64,000 bases of DNA from Gemmatimonadales bacterium (GTDB lineage Bacteria; Gemmatimonadota; Gemmatimonadetes; Gemmatimonadales; GWC2-71-9). The notes below the pieces were generated by a model. The model worked only from the letters and a program-made list of their open reading frames with translations, was not told the origin of the DNA and did not search any database. Made by a program: the position numbers and the translations under genes. Below are positions 38,597 through 46,627 of this stretch, one piece after another (position 1 is the stretch's first letter; each line of letters opens with the position of its first letter). The stretch lies in contig DASXTV010000011.1 in assembly GCA_036505175.1 (NCBI GenBank), positions 64,046-128,045 of the forward strand, given 5' to 3'.

Positions 38597-38864
38597 CGCG
38601 AGTCCCGAAGCAGTCCTCGATGTCGCGAAGAGTTTTTTCGGTGGGCGCCTGGCGCCGGCTGAAGAATCGCCGCGGCGGCGTGCTTATCAGGGGACGTTGG
38701 GTCGTATCACGATCAGCGCGCGGCCGGAGGGAGGTCATTACACATTCGTCGAGGCCGCGACCGATCAGGTCGGAGAATCGGAGCTCGACAAGCTCGCGAA
38801 GCGATTTCTGTCGGAAGTGCACCGGCTGGTCGAGCCGGCGCATGTCATGCGCGGCGCGTACTAG
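38574..38864 (+). CDS. hypothetical protein
   Basis: 96-aa ORF overlapping the copA 3' end by 23 nt. Reasonable codon bias; no family recognised. Confidence 0.4.
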   Translation: MRYFHRTSASPEAVLDVAKSFFGGRLAPAEESPRRRAYQGTLGRITISARPEGGHYTFVEAATDQVGESELDKLAKRFLSEVHRLVEPAHVMRGAY

Positions 38865-39076
38865 CCCGCGACCTTGGCGGTGTAGCCCGCTTTCGCGACG
38901 GCCGCCACGAGCTGGTCGGTCGTCACCGAGTCATCATCGAAATCCACTTCCGCCTCCCCGTCCGGCAAGTCGATGATGGCGGTATAAACGCCGGCCACTC
39001 CCTTCAGGGCTTTCTCGACCTTGGCCTGACAATGGCCGCAAGTCATTCCAGTCACACGGAGTTTGACGTTCGCCAT
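38861..39076 (-). CDS. copZ: heavy-metal-associated domain copper chaperone
   Basis: ATG 39076 preceded by GGGAGGGAAGAG. MANVKLRVTGMTCGHCQAKVEKAL. Confidence 0.85.
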   Translation of the reverse strand: MANVKLRVTGMTCGHCQAKVEKALKGVAGVYTAIIDLPDGEAEVDFDDDSVTTDQLVAAVAKAGYTAKVAG

Positions 39077-39093
39077 GGCTCTTCCCTCCCAAC

Positions 39094-39099
39094 TATAAT
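39094..39099 (+). promoter_or_regulatory. perfect TATAAT hexamer 8 nt upstream of the E1-alpha ATG (possible -10 of a leaderless or near-leaderless mRNA)
   Basis: Read directly in the 31-bp copZ / E1-alpha divergent spacer. No -35 assessed. Confidence 0.3.
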
Positions 39100-39107
39100 T
39101 TAGGGCC

Positions 39108-40163
39108 ATGGCACTTCCCGCGACTCGGCCGACGGCAGCCATCCCCTCCGGGGCGGTGCTGTCGTCCGATCAGCTCCTCGAGATCTACTACTACCTGCGG
39201 CTCACCCGGACGCTGGAAGAACGGCTGGTGGCGCTGTACCGGCAGACCAAGGTCATTGGCGGGCTATTTCGGTCCCTCGGCCAGGAAGGGGAGTCGGTCG
39301 CCTCGGCGTATGCGCTGGAGCGCGGGCGCCATAAGGACGTTCTGTCCCCCCTCATCCGTAACCTCGGCTCCCTGCTCGTCATGGGCGCACAGCCGGTCGA
39401 AATCCTCCGGCAGTACATGGCCAAGGCCGATGGCCCCACGCGCGGCCGCGAGCTCAACGTCCATTTCAACGACCTCGAGAAGGGCTACCTCGGCCAGATC
39501 TCCCACCTTGGGGACATGATCCCGGTGATGGCGGGGATCGCGCTGAGCTTCAAGCTGCGGGGCGAGCCGCGCGTCGGACTGGTCTATATCGGCGACGGCG
39601 GGATGTCGACCGGCACGTTTCACGAAGGCCTGAACTTCGCCGCCGTGCGGCGGCTGCCGCTGGTCGTCATCGGCGAGTACAACCACTGGGCGTACTCGAC
39701 GCCGCCCGAGAAGCAGTTCGCGGTGAAGGACCTCGCCGAGAAGGCCAAGGGGTACGGAATCGCGGCCGTGACCGTGGACGGGAACGACGTGTTCGCGGTG
39801 TACGAAGCGACCAGATTTGCGGCGGAGCGCGCACGCCGCGGGAAGGGCGTGCATTTCGTCGAGGTGAAAACGTATCGCCGCAAGGGTCACGCCGAGCACG
39901 ACGATCAGCACTATGTGCCGAAGGACGAGTTGGAGCAGTGGGCGAAGGCGAACGATCCAGTCGATCGCTATGTGCAACGACTGCTCGCGGCCGACCTGGT
40001 TGCCCAGGGTGACTTGCAAGACATCGACGATCGCGTGCGCGTCGAAGTCGATCAAGCGACGGATGCCTGTGTGAACGAACCGCTGCCGGAGGGCGAGACG
40101 GCGTTGCCCGGCGTGTACGTCGATCCGCCCGCGGCCGACAAACTCTGGTTCAAGAGTCGCTGA
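39108..40163 (+). CDS. 2-oxoacid (pyruvate/branched-chain) dehydrogenase E1 component, alpha subunit
   Basis: TPP motif YIGDGGMSTGTFHEGLNFAAV...NHWAYSTP; 351 aa. Confidence 0.9.
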   Translation: MALPATRPTAAIPSGAVLSSDQLLEIYYYLRLTRTLEERLVALYRQTKVIGGLFRSLGQEGESVASAYALERGRHKDVLSPLIRNLGSLLVMGAQPVEILRQYMAKADGPTRGRELNVHFNDLEKGYLGQISHLGDMIPVMAGIALSFKLRGEPRVGLVYIGDGGMSTGTFHEGLNFAAVRRLPLVVIGEYNHWAYSTPPEKQFAVKDLAEKAKGYGIAAVTVDGNDVFAVYEATRFAAERARRGKGVHFVEVKTYRRKGHAEHDDQHYVPKDELEQWAKANDPVDRYVQRLLAADLVAQGDLQDIDDRVRVEVDQATDACVNEPLPEGETALPGVYVDPPAADKLWFKSR

Positions 40164-41143
40164 TGCCGGAAGTCACTTTTCTCGAGGCGCTCCGCCAGGG
40201 CTTGTGGGAAGAGATGGAGCGCGACGACCGCGTCTTCATCCTCGGCGAGGACGTCGGCTTGTATGGCGGCGCGTTCAAGGTCACGGACGGCTTCAGCAAG
40301 CGCTTCGGCGAGTCACGCGTGATCGATACACCCATCTCCGAAGCGGCGATCGTGGGAGCGGCCGCGGGCGCTGCGCACATGGGTCTGCGGCCGGTCGCCG
40401 AGATGCAGTTCATCGACTTCATCTCGTGTGCATACGACATGCTCACGAATTACGTCGCGACGGCGCGCTACCGCGCCGGCCTCTCGACGCCGATGGTCGT
40501 GCGCGGCCCCTGCGGCGGCTACGTGCGCGGCGGGCCGTTTCATTCGCAGAACCCCGAGGCCGCATTCCTCCACACCCCCGGGCTCAAGATCGTCTATCCG
40601 GCGACCGTGCGGGACGCAAAGGGGCTCATCAAGTCCTCGATTCGCGACGAGGATCCCGTGCTCTATCTCGAGCACAAATGGCTCTACCGGCGCATCAAGG
40701 AGGAGCTGCCGGAGGGTGAGGAGATTCTCACGCCGATCGGCAAGGCGCGCATCGCACGCGAAGGGAAGCATCTTTCCATCATCAGCTACGGCGCCACGCT
40801 GTGGAAATCGCTGGAGGCGGCCGATCAGCTCGAGCAAGCGGACGGCGTCTCGGTCGAAGTGCTCGACCTGCGCACATTGCTGCCGATGGACGATGCCGCG
40901 ATGGTCGCGACGGTGAAGAAGACGAATAAGGTCCTGATCGTGCACGAGGATACGCGCACGGGCGGCATCGCGGGGGAGATCGCGGCGCGCATCAATGAGC
41001 AGGCATTCGAATGGCTCGACGGGCCGATCATGCGCGTCACGGCGCACGACGTGCCGCTGCCGTATGCGCCGACGCTGGAAGACTTCGTGCTGCCCCAGAC
41101 CGACGATATTGTGAAAGCGGCGAGATGGTTGGCGAAATACTGA
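40163..41143 (+). CDS. 2-oxoacid dehydrogenase E1 component, beta subunit
   Basis: ATG overlaps the alpha stop (TGATG). GEDVGLYGGAFKVTDG...DTPISEAAIVG motif. Confidence 0.9.
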   Translation: MPEVTFLEALRQGLWEEMERDDRVFILGEDVGLYGGAFKVTDGFSKRFGESRVIDTPISEAAIVGAAAGAAHMGLRPVAEMQFIDFISCAYDMLTNYVATARYRAGLSTPMVVRGPCGGYVRGGPFHSQNPEAAFLHTPGLKIVYPATVRDAKGLIKSSIRDEDPVLYLEHKWLYRRIKEELPEGEEILTPIGKARIAREGKHLSIISYGATLWKSLEAADQLEQADGVSVEVLDLRTLLPMDDAAMVATVKKTNKVLIVHEDTRTGGIAGEIAARINEQAFEWLDGPIMRVTAHDVPLPYAPTLEDFVLPQTDDIVKAARWLAKY

Positions 41144-41144
41144 G

Positions 41145-41212
41145 CTATTCGGTATCCGCTATTCGGTATCCGGCCGGTTGTGTCGAACACCGAATACCGG
41201 AGAGCGGATACC
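41145..41212 (+). repeat. structured intercistronic element: 14-bp direct repeat x2 plus nested inverted repeats
   Basis: CTATTCGGTATCCG at 41145-41158 and 41159-41172. GGTATCCGC (41151-41159) is complementary to GCGGATACC (41204-41212). TATTCGG (41160-41166) is complementary to CCGAATA (41190-41196). Confidence 0.8.
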
Positions 41213-41225
41213 AATTGGAGATGCT

Positions 41226-42569
41226 ATGGCGCGCCTAGACGTACTGATGCCCCAGATGGGTGAATCCATCGCCGAGGGCACGCTCAGCAAGTGGCTCAAG
41301 AAGGTCGGCGACCCCGTCAAGCGGGACGAGCCACTGTTCGAGATCTCGACCGACAAAGTCGACGCTGAAATCCCGGCGCCGGCGGCCGGCGTGTTGGCCG
41401 AAATCAAAGTACAGGAAGGGCAGACAGTCCCCGTGCAGACGCTGGTCGCGGTGCTCGAGACGGAGAAGGGCGCCGCCTCGCCTGCGCCCGCGAAACCGGA
41501 GCCGCCGAAAGCCGCGGCGCCACCGCCGTCGGCGCCTAAGCCCGAACCTCCAAAGGCCGCACCGGCACCCGTGGCGTCCGCACCGGCCGCCCGGCCGTCG
41601 GGCCGTCCGGCCGACGGTGATGGGGGAGTCCAGACCGCGGAGCAGCGGCTCCGCACCAAGTCCACGCCCCTGGTTCGGAAGATTGCAGCCGAGCACAGTG
41701 TCGACATCTCGCGCATCCCGGGGAGCGGTTACGCGGGACGTGTCACCAAGCAGGACATCCTCGGGTACATCGAACGAGCACCGACAGCCCCGGGAGTCCC
41801 GGCTCCTGGCTCCCGACTCCCGGCTCCTTCCGGTCCGATCGAGCATCCGGTCGTCGAACCATGGCCAGGCGATCGCGTCGAACCCTGGTCCAAGATTCGC
41901 AAGATCACCGCAGATCACATGGTGATGTCGCGGCGGGTCTCCGCGCACGTCGCGAGTTTCTTCGAAGTCGATTTCACGCGCGTCGCGCAGCTGCGCAGTA
42001 AGGCAAAGCAGAGCTACGCCGAGCGCGGCGTGAACCTCACGTTCCTCGCGTTCATTGCGAAGGCCTGCGCCGAGAATCTTGGCAAACATCCGATCGTCAA
42101 TGCGGCGGTCTCGGGCGACAGCACCATCTATCGCGCCGATGTCAACATCGGCATCGCGGTCGCACTCGACTGGGGCCTCATCGTTCCGGTGATCAAGCAC
42201 GCCGACGAGCTGTCGCTGATCGGCATCGCCCGCGCGATCAATGATCTGGGGGAGCGCGCGCGCACCAAGAAGCTGTTGCCCGACGACATCCAGCGCGGCA
42301 CCTTCACGATCACCAATCCAGGCGGCTTCGGGCCATTTGCCGGCATTCCGATCATCAACCAGCCGCAAGTAGCCATCCTCGGCGTGGGCGCGATCGAAAA
42401 ACGCCCCCGAGTCGTGACCGCGTCCGACGGCACGGAGTCCATCGCGATCCGCACCATGGGGATGCTCACGATGTCCTACGATCATCGCGTCGTGGACGGC
42501 GCCGACGCCGACAGGTTCCTGGCCGACGTGAAGCAGCTGTTGCAGGAGTTTCCCGAGGGAGCGGTGTGA
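41226..42569 (+). CDS. dihydrolipoamide acyltransferase (E2) with one lipoyl domain
   Basis: ATG 41226 after GGAG. Lipoyl motif EISTDKVDAEIPAP, Ala/Pro linker, E3-binding domain, catalytic SYDHRVVDGA. Confidence 0.9.
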   Translation: MARLDVLMPQMGESIAEGTLSKWLKKVGDPVKRDEPLFEISTDKVDAEIPAPAAGVLAEIKVQEGQTVPVQTLVAVLETEKGAASPAPAKPEPPKAAAPPPSAPKPEPPKAAPAPVASAPAARPSGRPADGDGGVQTAEQRLRTKSTPLVRKIAAEHSVDISRIPGSGYAGRVTKQDILGYIERAPTAPGVPAPGSRLPAPSGPIEHPVVEPWPGDRVEPWSKIRKITADHMVMSRRVSAHVASFFEVDFTRVAQLRSKAKQSYAERGVNLTFLAFIAKACAENLGKHPIVNAAVSGDSTIYRADVNIGIAVALDWGLIVPVIKHADELSLIGIARAINDLGERARTKKLLPDDIQRGTFTITNPGGFGPFAGIPIINQPQVAILGVGAIEKRPRVVTASDGTESIAIRTMGMLTMSYDHRVVDGADADRFLADVKQLLQEFPEGAV

Positions 42570-42889
42570 GTATGCCCAAAGTCCTGACCGCGGCGCGCGT
42601 GCGCGTCCCCACGCAGAACGAGACGGAGTACGTGAACACGCTGCGCGAGCTGAGCCAGTTCGCCGAAGCGCGCGGCCAGCGGATCTGGTTGTACCGCAAC
42701 GCCAAGGATCCACGGCTGTTCATCGAGTTTTCCGAGAGCCCGACCGAGATGTCACACCGCGCCCAGGCCTCACGGCTTCCTGAGGAGATCAAACTCGAAA
42801 AGCGCCTTCAGGCGCTGGCGACGTACGCGCCCGACGCCTGGGAGTTGTGGAGTGAGGTGAGTGTATGGCCAGCCGAACGATCACAGTAG
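42566..42889 (+). CDS. hypothetical protein
   Basis: 107-aa ORF. GTG overlaps the E2 stop (GTGA). No family recognised. Confidence 0.45.
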   Translation: MSMPKVLTAARVRVPTQNETEYVNTLRELSQFAEARGQRIWLYRNAKDPRLFIEFSESPTEMSHRAQASRLPEEIKLEKRLQALATYAPDAWELWSEVSVWPAERSQ

Positions 42890-43134
42890 CAACCGACCGC
42901 TGGGAGGTGTATCCCTCCGGCCGCGTGACCGTGTACGGCCGCGATCAGTTCGGTCTCATCTTCGAGCACGGCGCGGGGCCGCAGCGCCGCCGCCGCGTCA
43001 CGCACTTTTCGCCGCTCGGGGCTCGCTCGCCGGATCGCGCCTTGACGGAGCTCTCCGAGCGCGAGCTGCTCGAGCTGTTCCAACAATCGCAGCCGGCGTG
43101 GACCGCCCCCGAGGTCGATTACGCCGCACATTGA
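42865..43134 (+). CDS. hypothetical protein
   Basis: 89-aa ORF overlapping the previous ORF by 25 nt. Its stop overlaps the conserved start region of the PHP gene. Confidence 0.4.
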   Translation: MASRTITVATDRWEVYPSGRVTVYGRDQFGLIFEHGAGPQRRRRVTHFSPLGARSPDRALTELSERELLELFQQSQPAWTAPEVDYAAH

Positions 43135-44011
43135 TCTGCATTGCCATTCGACGGCCTCCGATGGCGAGTGTGAGCCGCCGGAGGTCGCGCGCCGCGCCCG
43201 GGCGGTCGATCTGGCAGCGATCGCGCTCACCGATCACGACACCACGGATGGCGTCGCGGATGCGGCGCAGGAAGGCGACAAGCTGGGCGTTCGCGTCATT
43301 CCCGGGTGCGAGTTCAGCGTGCGCGCGCCGTGGGGTGAGCTGCACGTGCTCGCGCTCTTTCTGCCGCAGGGAAACGAACGGCTCCAGACGTTCCTGCGCG
43401 ACACGCGCGCCGCGCGACGCATCCGCGGCGAGCAGATCGTCGCCAAGCTGCAGCGCCTTGGCGTGCCGATCGACCTCGAGGACGTCCAGGCGCAGATGCT
43501 CGGCGGGGACGGGGGGAAGGGGGCGCTCGGGCGGCCGCATGTCGCGCGCGCGCTCGTCGACAGTGGCGCGTGCGACACCATCAGCGATGCGTTCCGCCGC
43601 TACCTCGGCCGGGGGCGGGCCGCCTACGTCGAAAAACCGCTGCCCAACCTCGGCCAGGTCACGGCGCTGGTACACGACGTGGGAGGGCTAACCGTGGCCG
43701 CGCATCTGGGTGATCACGGCACCGAGGCCCAGCTCCGCATCTTTCAGGACCAGGGACTCGACTGTGTGGAGGTCCGGCATCCCAGCCACGCACCCGCGGT
43801 CGAGCAGCGGCTCACGCGCATCGCCGAGCGGCTCGGACTGGGCATCAGCGGCGGGTCGGACTGGCACGGCGAGAGTGAATACGGTGAGATCCACGCGCCG
43901 TTGGGTGGCATGCGTGTGCCCGACACGTGGCTCCAGCCGCTCGAGCAGCGCCTCGAGCGCACGGCGAAGCAACGGGGAGAACATGAGCGAACCGCTACCG
44001 ATCGGCAGTAA
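43130..44011 (+). CDS. PHP-domain metal-dependent phosphoesterase; start codon unresolved (non-canonical ATT/CTG or frameshift)
   Basis: The frame is open from 43046. Codons 43130 onward read IDLHCHSTASDG...LTDHDT..G (PHP motifs I/II), but the first ATG/GTG/TTG in frame is GTG 43319. The rest (HLGDHG, VEVRHPSH, GGSDWHG) is intact. Confidence 0.65.
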   Translation: MDLHCHSTASDGECEPPEVARRARAVDLAAIALTDHDTTDGVADAAQEGDKLGVRVIPGCEFSVRAPWGELHVLALFLPQGNERLQTFLRDTRAARRIRGEQIVAKLQRLGVPIDLEDVQAQMLGGDGGKGALGRPHVARALVDSGACDTISDAFRRYLGRGRAAYVEKPLPNLGQVTALVHDVGGLTVAAHLGDHGTEAQLRIFQDQGLDCVEVRHPSHAPAVEQRLTRIAERLGLGISGGSDWHGESEYGEIHAPLGGMRVPDTWLQPLEQRLERTAKQRGEHERTATDRQ

Positions 44012-44420
44012 AGCTCCGCCCTTCAAGGCGCCCGCCTCCGACGCCCGCACATACGCGCTCGCGGATCTACTCAAGCGCGGACCGGTTGCGCTGGTCTTCT
44101 ATCCGGGAAACAACACCCCCGGCTGAAACCGCCAACTCTCCGCCGTGCGCGATGAGATCGCCAAGTTCCATGCCGCCATGATGCAGCCGCTGGGTGTGAA
44201 CCCCGCGAGTGTCGACAGCCATCGCGGCTACGTCGACAAGATGCGGTTCAACTTCCCGCTGCTCTCCGATCCGGAGCGCACGATCGCCCGCGCCTACAAC
44301 GCGCTCAAGGACGACGGCAAGGGTATCCAGCGGACCGTCTACGTGATCGGGCGCGACGGCACGGTCCGCTTTGCGCAGCGTGGTGCCCCTCCAGTGGATG
44401 AGATCGTCCGTGCCGGCTGA
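43983..44420 (+). CDS. bcp: Bcp/PrxQ-type peroxiredoxin with in-frame TGA (44124-44126) at the peroxidatic Cys position: candidate selenoprotein, alternatively a pseudogene
   Basis: ATG 43983 after GGGGAGAA. It reads ...VALVFYPGNNTPG-TGA-NRQLSAVRDEIAKF...NFPLLSDPERTIARAY...TVYVIGRDGTVRF. Both halves are in the same frame and together span the whole thioredoxin-fold family length (145 codons). Confidence 0.55.
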
Positions 44421-45135
44421 TCTCCATGGCAAGGTCGTTCTGGTCACGGGTGTGGGACGCGTCGGTCAGATCGGCCACGCGGTGGCGCGCGGCCTCGGCC
44501 GCGCCGGGGCGAAGCTGCTGCTTGCCGACGTCAATGCCGTCGGGCTGGCGGACCGCATCAAAGAGTTCGGGGCGGAAGGGATCGCGGCCAAAGCGTCGGC
44601 GGGCGACCTGACCCAGCCGGAGGTCGCACGCGCGGCAACCGCCGCGGCGCAGGCGCAGTTCGGCGGTCTCGACGCCGTCGTGAACGTGGCCGGTGGATTC
44701 TTCAGTTACGGGCCGTTCACCGACGTGAAGCCCGAGATGCTCGATCGCGAGCTGGCCGTCAACTTCAAGACCGCATTCTACATGTGTCAGGCCGCCGTGC
44801 CGTTGCTGCTGTCTCGGGGTGGCGGATCGATCGTCAACTTCGCGTCGATCGCGGTGGTCCGCTCGCTCATGCACATGTCGGCCTACAGCGCGGCGAAGTC
44901 GGCGGTCGCCGGGCTCACGCGCGAGCTGGCGCGCGAATACCGCGACGCCAACATCCGAGTGAACGCGGTAGCGCCCGCGACCGTCCGCACGGCCGACAAC
45001 GTGGCGCAGATGGCGGATTCCAAAACCCCGCTGGTCGAGCTGGACGAAGTCGTGAATACCGTCCTCTTCCTCGCGAGCGACGAGGCAAGCGCGATTACGG
45101 GCCAGATCGTCCCCATCACCGGGAAGGCGTACTAG
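44398..45135 (+). CDS. SDR-family oxidoreductase
   Basis: GKVVLVTGVGRVGQIG cofactor motif, YSAAK catalytic motif. Start is ATG 44398 or GTG 44410 (track start 44371 is less likely). Confidence 0.85.
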   Translation: MRSSVPADLHGKVVLVTGVGRVGQIGHAVARGLGRAGAKLLLADVNAVGLADRIKEFGAEGIAAKASAGDLTQPEVARAATAAAQAQFGGLDAVVNVAGGFFSYGPFTDVKPEMLDRELAVNFKTAFYMCQAAVPLLLSRGGGSIVNFASIAVVRSLMHMSAYSAAKSAVAGLTRELAREYRDANIRVNAVAPATVRTADNVAQMADSKTPLVELDEVVNTVLFLASDEASAITGQIVPITGKAY

Positions 45136-45866
45136 TGCGGCTCGAGGGCGCGGCCGCGCTGGTGACGGGAGCCGGGAAGCGGATCGGCCAGGCGATCGCG
45201 ATTGGCCTGGCGCAGGCCGGCTGCGATGTCGCCGTGCACTATCACGGCTCCGGGAAAGGAGCCGAGGAGACGGCGCGAGCGATCACGAAAGCGGGACGGC
45301 GCGCCGAGCTGTTGAACGCCGATCTGAGCGACGGCGGGGCGGCGCGGGGCCTCGCCGACCAGGCAGCCCGCGCACTGAAACGACTCGATGTGGTCGTGAA
45401 CTCCGCCGCGATCATGGTGCGCCAGCCGGTGGAAACCGTGACCCCCGAGAGCTGGGACACGACGCTCGATCTCAACCTGCGCGCGACGTTTTTCGTCTCG
45501 CAGGGCGCGATCCCCCATCTCCGCCGCACGAAGGGCAAGATCGTCAACATCGCCGACCTGGCCGGCCTGGAGCCCTGGCCCACTTACATCCCGCATTGTG
45601 TCAGCAAGGCAGGGGTGGTGATGCTGACGAAAGCGTTGGCGCGCGCGCTCGCGCCCGACATCGCGGTCAATGCGGTTGCCCCCGGCGCCGTCCTCTTGCC
45701 GGAGGATTGGGACCAGCAGTCGCGCGAGCACATTCGCGAGACCACGCCGCTCGCGCGCATCGGCTCGCCCGCCGACGTCGTCGCGGCCGTCCGCTTTCTT
45801 CTCGCGGGCACCGACTACGCGACCGGGACGATCCTGGTCGTCGACGGGGGGAGACTGCTCCGCTGA
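45135..45866 (+). CDS. SDR-family oxidoreductase (pteridine-reductase-like)
   Basis: GTG 45135 overlaps the previous stop (TAGTG). AALVTGAGKRIGQAIA, NSAA, YCVSKAG motifs. The track ORF 44784..45866 has a spurious extension. Confidence 0.85.
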   Translation: MRLEGAAALVTGAGKRIGQAIAIGLAQAGCDVAVHYHGSGKGAEETARAITKAGRRAELLNADLSDGGAARGLADQAARALKRLDVVVNSAAIMVRQPVETVTPESWDTTLDLNLRATFFVSQGAIPHLRRTKGKIVNIADLAGLEPWPTYIPHCVSKAGVVMLTKALARALAPDIAVNAVAPGAVLLPEDWDQQSREHIRETTPLARIGSPADVVAAVRFLLAGTDYATGTILVVDGGRLLR

Positions 45867-45874
45867 GGGACGTC

Positions 45875-46627
45875 GTGGTGGTCGGCGGCGGCTGCTACGG
45901 GACGTTCTACGCGTCGCAACTCGAGAAAGCCAAAGCGCGCGGTAAGACGGACTATCGGGCCGTTATCGTCGTCGATCGGAATCGGGACTGCCAAGCCAGA
46001 CGCGAGCTGGGCGAGGCCCCGGATCGCGAGTTCGTCATCTCCGATTGGACCACGTTCTTCGATCAGTTTTTGACCGTCAGACCGTCAGACCGTCCGACCG
46101 CCAGTACCGACGACCAGATCGTCCCGTCTCCCCACATGCCCCATCTCATGTTCGAGTGGGTTCTCAGGCGGGCGCGTGAGCGCTGGCCGAACCGGACGGT
46201 GTCGGTCGAGCCGGTCCCTGGGGATTTCCTGACGCCCCTCCCCTACGACCGTCCTGGTGCGGATCACACACGCTACGTCTCGTTTGCGGACTGGATCTGT
46301 CCAACGCATTGCATCGAGCCCGCGCTCTGTCCCGCCATTGGGGCGCCGCGGACCTGGGAGATGTCGGATGCGGTGCGGCAGCTCGCAAGCCGACTGACGG
46401 AGGGCGGCCGCCCGGTGCGCGGCCCCGCGTTGTTTGTGTGCAAGCACCACGTCTTCGGCGTGGGGATGTTTGCGGCTGATGCGGTACGCGCGGGCGACCG
46501 CGTCGTGCAGGAGGCCGGATCGACGAACGCCGCCGCGGAAATTCTGGTTGGGACGATTTCGAGCTGTCATGGGGCGTTGAACCTGCTTCAACTGGGTGCG
46601 TTGTGCGTGGTGCGTGGTGCGTGGTAA
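45875..46627 (+). CDS. hypothetical Rossmann-fold (GGGxxG) protein with CPTHC...CP cysteine cluster
   Basis: GTG 45875 after GAGGGA gives (M)VVGGGCYGTFYASQ. No family recognised. Carries octamer and heptamer DNA repeats. Confidence 0.55.
   Translation: MVVGGGCYGTFYASQLEKAKARGKTDYRAVIVVDRNRDCQARRELGEAPDREFVISDWTTFFDQFLTVRPSDRPTASTDDQIVPSPHMPHLMFEWVLRRARERWPNRTVSVEPVPGDFLTPLPYDRPGADHTRYVSFADWICPTHCIEPALCPAIGAPRTWEMSDAVRQLASRLTEGGRPVRGPALFVCKHHVFGVGMFAADAVRAGDRVVQEAGSTNAAAEILVGTISSCHGALNLLQLGALCVVRGAW

Noticed and set aside
44127-44144. Treating 43983..44126 and 44145..44420 as two independent small genes.
   Set aside because: Neither half is a complete thioredoxin fold. They are in the same frame and contiguous with family-length spacing. 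The downstream half would start at a GTG with no SD. It is better explained as one gene with a TGA, either Sec or nonsense.
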